This document shows, piece by piece, positions 50,944 to 53,454 of a DNA stretch of 53,454 nt. The notes below the pieces were generated by a model. The model did not search any database. It saw only the letters and a list, made by a program, of their open reading frames with translations, and was not told the origin of the DNA. The number at the start of each line of letters is the position of its first letter. Positions within the stretch are counted from its first letter, which is position 1. The stretch comes from Christensenella sp. (GTDB lineage: Bacteria > Bacillota > Clostridia > Christensenellales > Christensenellaceae), in contig JAVXIJ010000002.1 in assembly GCA_036648415.1 (NCBI GenBank), positions 1 to 53,454 on the forward strand. Reading direction: 5' to 3'. The translations under genes and the position numbers were made by a program.

Positions 50944-51576
50944 ATGAGCGTTTATGAAGATTTGAGTATGTTGGTACAACAGGGAAGAGCAAAAAATGTA
51001 AAAGAAATTATTACAGCAGAACTTGAAAAAGGTACCAACGCACAGGATTTGTTGCAGGATGGACTGTTAGTGGGGATGTCTATCATTGGTGACAAATTCA
51101 AAAACAATCAGGTTTATGTACCGGAGGTTTTGATTGCGGCACGTGCGATGCAAGCGGGAATAGACTCTCTGGCGGTTGCACTTGCTTCTGAAAAGGTGCA
51201 GTCAAAGGGCAAGGTTGTACTCGGCACTGTTAAAGGTGATTTGCATGACATTGGCAAGAACCTTGTAAAAATTATGCTTGAGAGCAAAGGACTTGATGTA
51301 ATAGACCTTGGCGTAGATGTGTCTGCGGAAAAATTCGTTGATACGGCAATTGCGGAGGGCGCACAGGTTATCGCGTGCTCGGCGCTTCTCACAACTACCA
51401 TGACCGTTATGAAAGAAGTTGTGGATGAAGTAAACGCTAAGGGTGTAAAAGATAAGATTAAGGTAATGGTGGGCGGCGCTCCTGTTACAGAAGACTTTAA
51501 AAATAAAATCGGCGCGGATTATTATACAGCGGACGCGTCCTCTGCAAGTGATGTAGCATTGAAGATTTGTCAGTAA
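50944..51576 (+). CDS. Corrinoid (cobalamin-binding) methyl-carrier protein, MtbC/MttC-like
   Basis: Four-helix cap (GM..IGDKF....YVPEVL.AA.AM) plus GDLHDIGKN (DxHxxG), SALLTTTM and GGAP; GGAGG RBS before ATG 50944. Confidence 0.92.
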   Translation: MSVYEDLSMLVQQGRAKNVKEIITAELEKGTNAQDLLQDGLLVGMSIIGDKFKNNQVYVPEVLIAARAMQAGIDSLAVALASEKVQSKGKVVLGTVKGDLHDIGKNLVKIMLESKGLDVIDLGVDVSAEKFVDTAIAEGAQVIACSALLTTTMTVMKEVVDEVNAKGVKDKIKVMVGGAPVTEDFKNKIGADYYTADASSASDVALKICQ

Positions 51577-51592
51577 AGTAATCAGAAACATG

Positions 51593-51623
51593 AAGGGCTG
51601 TCAAGTGCGACAGCCCTTTTTTT
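51593..51623 (+). terminator. Terminator between the corrinoid protein and its activator
   Basis: AAGGGCTGTC-AAGTGC-GACAGCCC followed by T7. Confidence 0.75.
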
Positions 51624-51647
51624 CACTACATATATGGGGGAGTAGGG

Positions 51648-53018
51648 ATGAATAAGGAATTGGTATGCAAAGGGGAATGCTTATTTGGGAAATGCCCTCA
51701 TAAACATTGCATTAAATTTTTACAGCAGGACGCGGACGCAAAAGATATACGCGCGGAAATGAAAATCTTAACAAAGGGTGTAATGCCGAAGCTTAAAACG
51801 GATAAAAAGGGCTGCGGGTTTGCCGTAGATATTGGTACAACCACAGTTGTGGTGTATCTTTATAATTTTGATGATGCGAAATGTCTTTCTGTAAAAAGTC
51901 GTATAAATGCGCAGGCATCCTTGGGGCTTGATGTAATTTCACGCATTAAATTTTGCACGGACAGTGAAAACGGGCTTCAAAAGATGAATGATGCAATTGT
52001 AAGAGAGCTTAATTCACTTATGGATGAAGCACTGCAAGACAGCGGTATTGTCCGTGATATGATAAACAGCTGTGTAATAACGGGAAATACTACTATGCTT
52101 CATTTGCTTGCAAAGGTTTCCCCCGTTTCCATGGGTGTGCTTCCGTTTGAACCGCTTTCGACCTTTGGCTGCTACATACAGGCTAAAGAGCTTGGAATTG
52201 ATTTGCCGCAGGCAGAATGCTATTTAACGCCATGTATGTCGGCGTTTGTAGGCGGAGATATAACCTCGGCGCTTTTGGCTACAGGCTTTGCAGCTGCGGA
52301 GGATATTTGTCTGCTTATGGATATAGGTACGAACGGGGAAGTGGCAATCGGCAATAAGGACTTCATACTGAGTACGTCAACTGCGGCAGGACCGGCATTT
52401 GAAGGCGCGCAGATAAGCTGTGGTATGGCGGGTGTGAATGGGGCTGTAAACAGTGTGGAAGCCTTGCAAGGCAAGCTTAAAACAACTGTGGTGGGTGGCG
52501 GTGTTGCGCAAGGGCTGTGTGGTTCAGGGTTGCTTGATGCCATTGCACTGATGTGCGACATCGGCGTAATAGATGAAACAGGGCGCATAGATGATGAATC
52601 GGGCAGCAGGTTTGTAGGGGAGATAGAGGGTGAACCGATTATACTTATTGCTGAAAACGTATTTATTACACAAAAGGATATTCGTGAGCTGCAAACGGCG
52701 AAAGCTGCGGTGGCAGCAGGGGTATTGTCGCTTGTGAAAGAAGCAAATATGAGTATAAGTGATATAAAACGCGTATATATAGCAGGAGGGTTTGGAAATT
52801 ACATGAATCAGCGCAGCGCAACGCGTATCGGGCTTTTGTCAGACGATTTCAATGAAATTGTAAGTGTCGGCAATGCGGCGGGCGCGGGGGCAAGTATGGC
52901 ACTGTTTAATGCGCAATATGAAGCTGATATGAAGCATATTTGCGCCGTGGGAAAACATGTGGAGCTTGGAAGCAATCCATATTTTATGGAAAAGTATGTG
53001 GACTCGATGTATTTTTAG
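51648..53018 (+). CDS. ASKHA-domain reductive activator of corrinoid proteins (RACo/DUF4445-like)
   Basis: DIGTTT, N.Q...G.DVISRI, GNTTM.HL, FVGGD, DIGTNGE, STAAGPAFEG, GLCGSG, TQ.DIRE.Q.AK.A, AGGFG, GNAA..GA. Confidence 0.9.
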   Translation: MNKELVCKGECLFGKCPHKHCIKFLQQDADAKDIRAEMKILTKGVMPKLKTDKKGCGFAVDIGTTTVVVYLYNFDDAKCLSVKSRINAQASLGLDVISRIKFCTDSENGLQKMNDAIVRELNSLMDEALQDSGIVRDMINSCVITGNTTMLHLLAKVSPVSMGVLPFEPLSTFGCYIQAKELGIDLPQAECYLTPCMSAFVGGDITSALLATGFAAAEDICLLMDIGTNGEVAIGNKDFILSTSTAAGPAFEGAQISCGMAGVNGAVNSVEALQGKLKTTVVGGGVAQGLCGSGLLDAIALMCDIGVIDETGRIDDESGSRFVGEIEGEPIILIAENVFITQKDIRELQTAKAAVAAGVLSLVKEANMSISDIKRVYIAGGFGNYMNQRSATRIGLLSDDFNEIVSVGNAAGAGASMALFNAQYEADMKHICAVGKHVELGSNPYFMEKYVDSMYF

Positions 53019-53063
53019 ACGCAATGTAAAATAATAAAATTGAATATGTATTACGATACTTCA

Positions 53064-53097
53064 TCAGGGCGGTGTATTCACTGCCTTGATTTTTTTA
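53064..53097 (+). terminator. Terminator after the activator gene
   Basis: ATCAGGGCGGTG-TATT-CACTGCCTTGAT followed by a T run. Confidence 0.7.
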
Positions 53098-53240
53098 CGG
53101 CGACCTTAGATAAGATTTAGCTGCGTGTCGTGTGAAAAAACGTGTAAGTATAAAACAAAACCCGCTGTATTAGCGATTTTTTGATGATTGTGATTAACGT
53201 TGCTGAAAAAGATGCGTTTGCGGTAGGGCGCAAACATAAC

Positions 53241-53280
53241 AAAACGCCGAACCCTATCTTTCGATATTGGGTCCGGCGTC
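53241..53280 (-). terminator. Terminator hairpin 3' of tRNA-Ala
   Basis: On the minus strand GACGCCGGACCC..TATC-GAAA-GATA-GGGTTCGGCG followed by TTTT. Confidence 0.65.
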
Positions 53281-53284
53281 ACGC

Positions 53285-53360
53285 TGGTGGAGATAAGCGG
53301 ATTCGAACCGCTGGCCTCTTACATGCGAAGCAAGCGCTCTACCGGCTGAGCTATACCCCC
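53285..53360 (-). tRNA. tRNA-Ala(CGC)
   Basis: GGGGGTA acceptor with the G3:U70 pair, anticodon arm CTTGC-TTCGCAT-GTAAG, T loop TTCGAAT, encoded CCA. Confidence 0.96.
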
Positions 53361-53454
53361 ATGGTATTAAATTTACCGTGCGTTTTATATTTTATCAAAG
53401 ATTATATCAAAATACAAGTGCTAAATAATAAAAAACACCGTAATGTTACGGTGC

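Noticed and set aside
46272-53313. 18-bp direct repeat AGCGGATTCGAACCGCTG (46272-46289 and 53296-53313) as attL/attR of a 7-kb island
   Set aside because: Both copies are T-arms of complete, different tRNAs; there is no integrase and no obvious compositional shift between them.

Overview
Core-chromosome window from a Clostridia-class Firmicute (inferred from gene order and protein features). It contains a partial 7TM-HD phosphodiesterase-ybeY-dgkA-era-recO block, ppdK, lon-engB, a dcw cluster (mraZ to ftsZ), a B12-binding radical SAM gene, an NCS2 permease with purECFMNHD, a lysine-riboswitch-controlled asd-dapA-dapB-flavoprotein operon, a six-gene amidohydrolase/hslO/TPR/THUMP operon, three tRNAs (Pro-CGG, Thr-CGT, Ala-CGC), a CDF-copA metal-export pair and a corrinoid protein with its ASKHA-type activator. 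I see no CRISPR array, integrase, transposase or defence gene. The main oddity is a remodelled division cluster. Its intact 700-aa class B PBP has lost all three transpeptidase motifs while its SEDS partner keeps its catalytic Asp, the FtsL-like protein carries a ~195-aa Arg/Tyr/Gln-rich N-terminal extension, and FtsA has altered phosphate loops. Also notable: DapB fused to an aspartokinase-beta-like ACT-ACT module, a corrinoid activator with a miniature Cys motif downstream of 11-bp-phased repeats, and att-like scars next to tRNA 3' ends. All calls come from motif reading by eye; no database searches were run.
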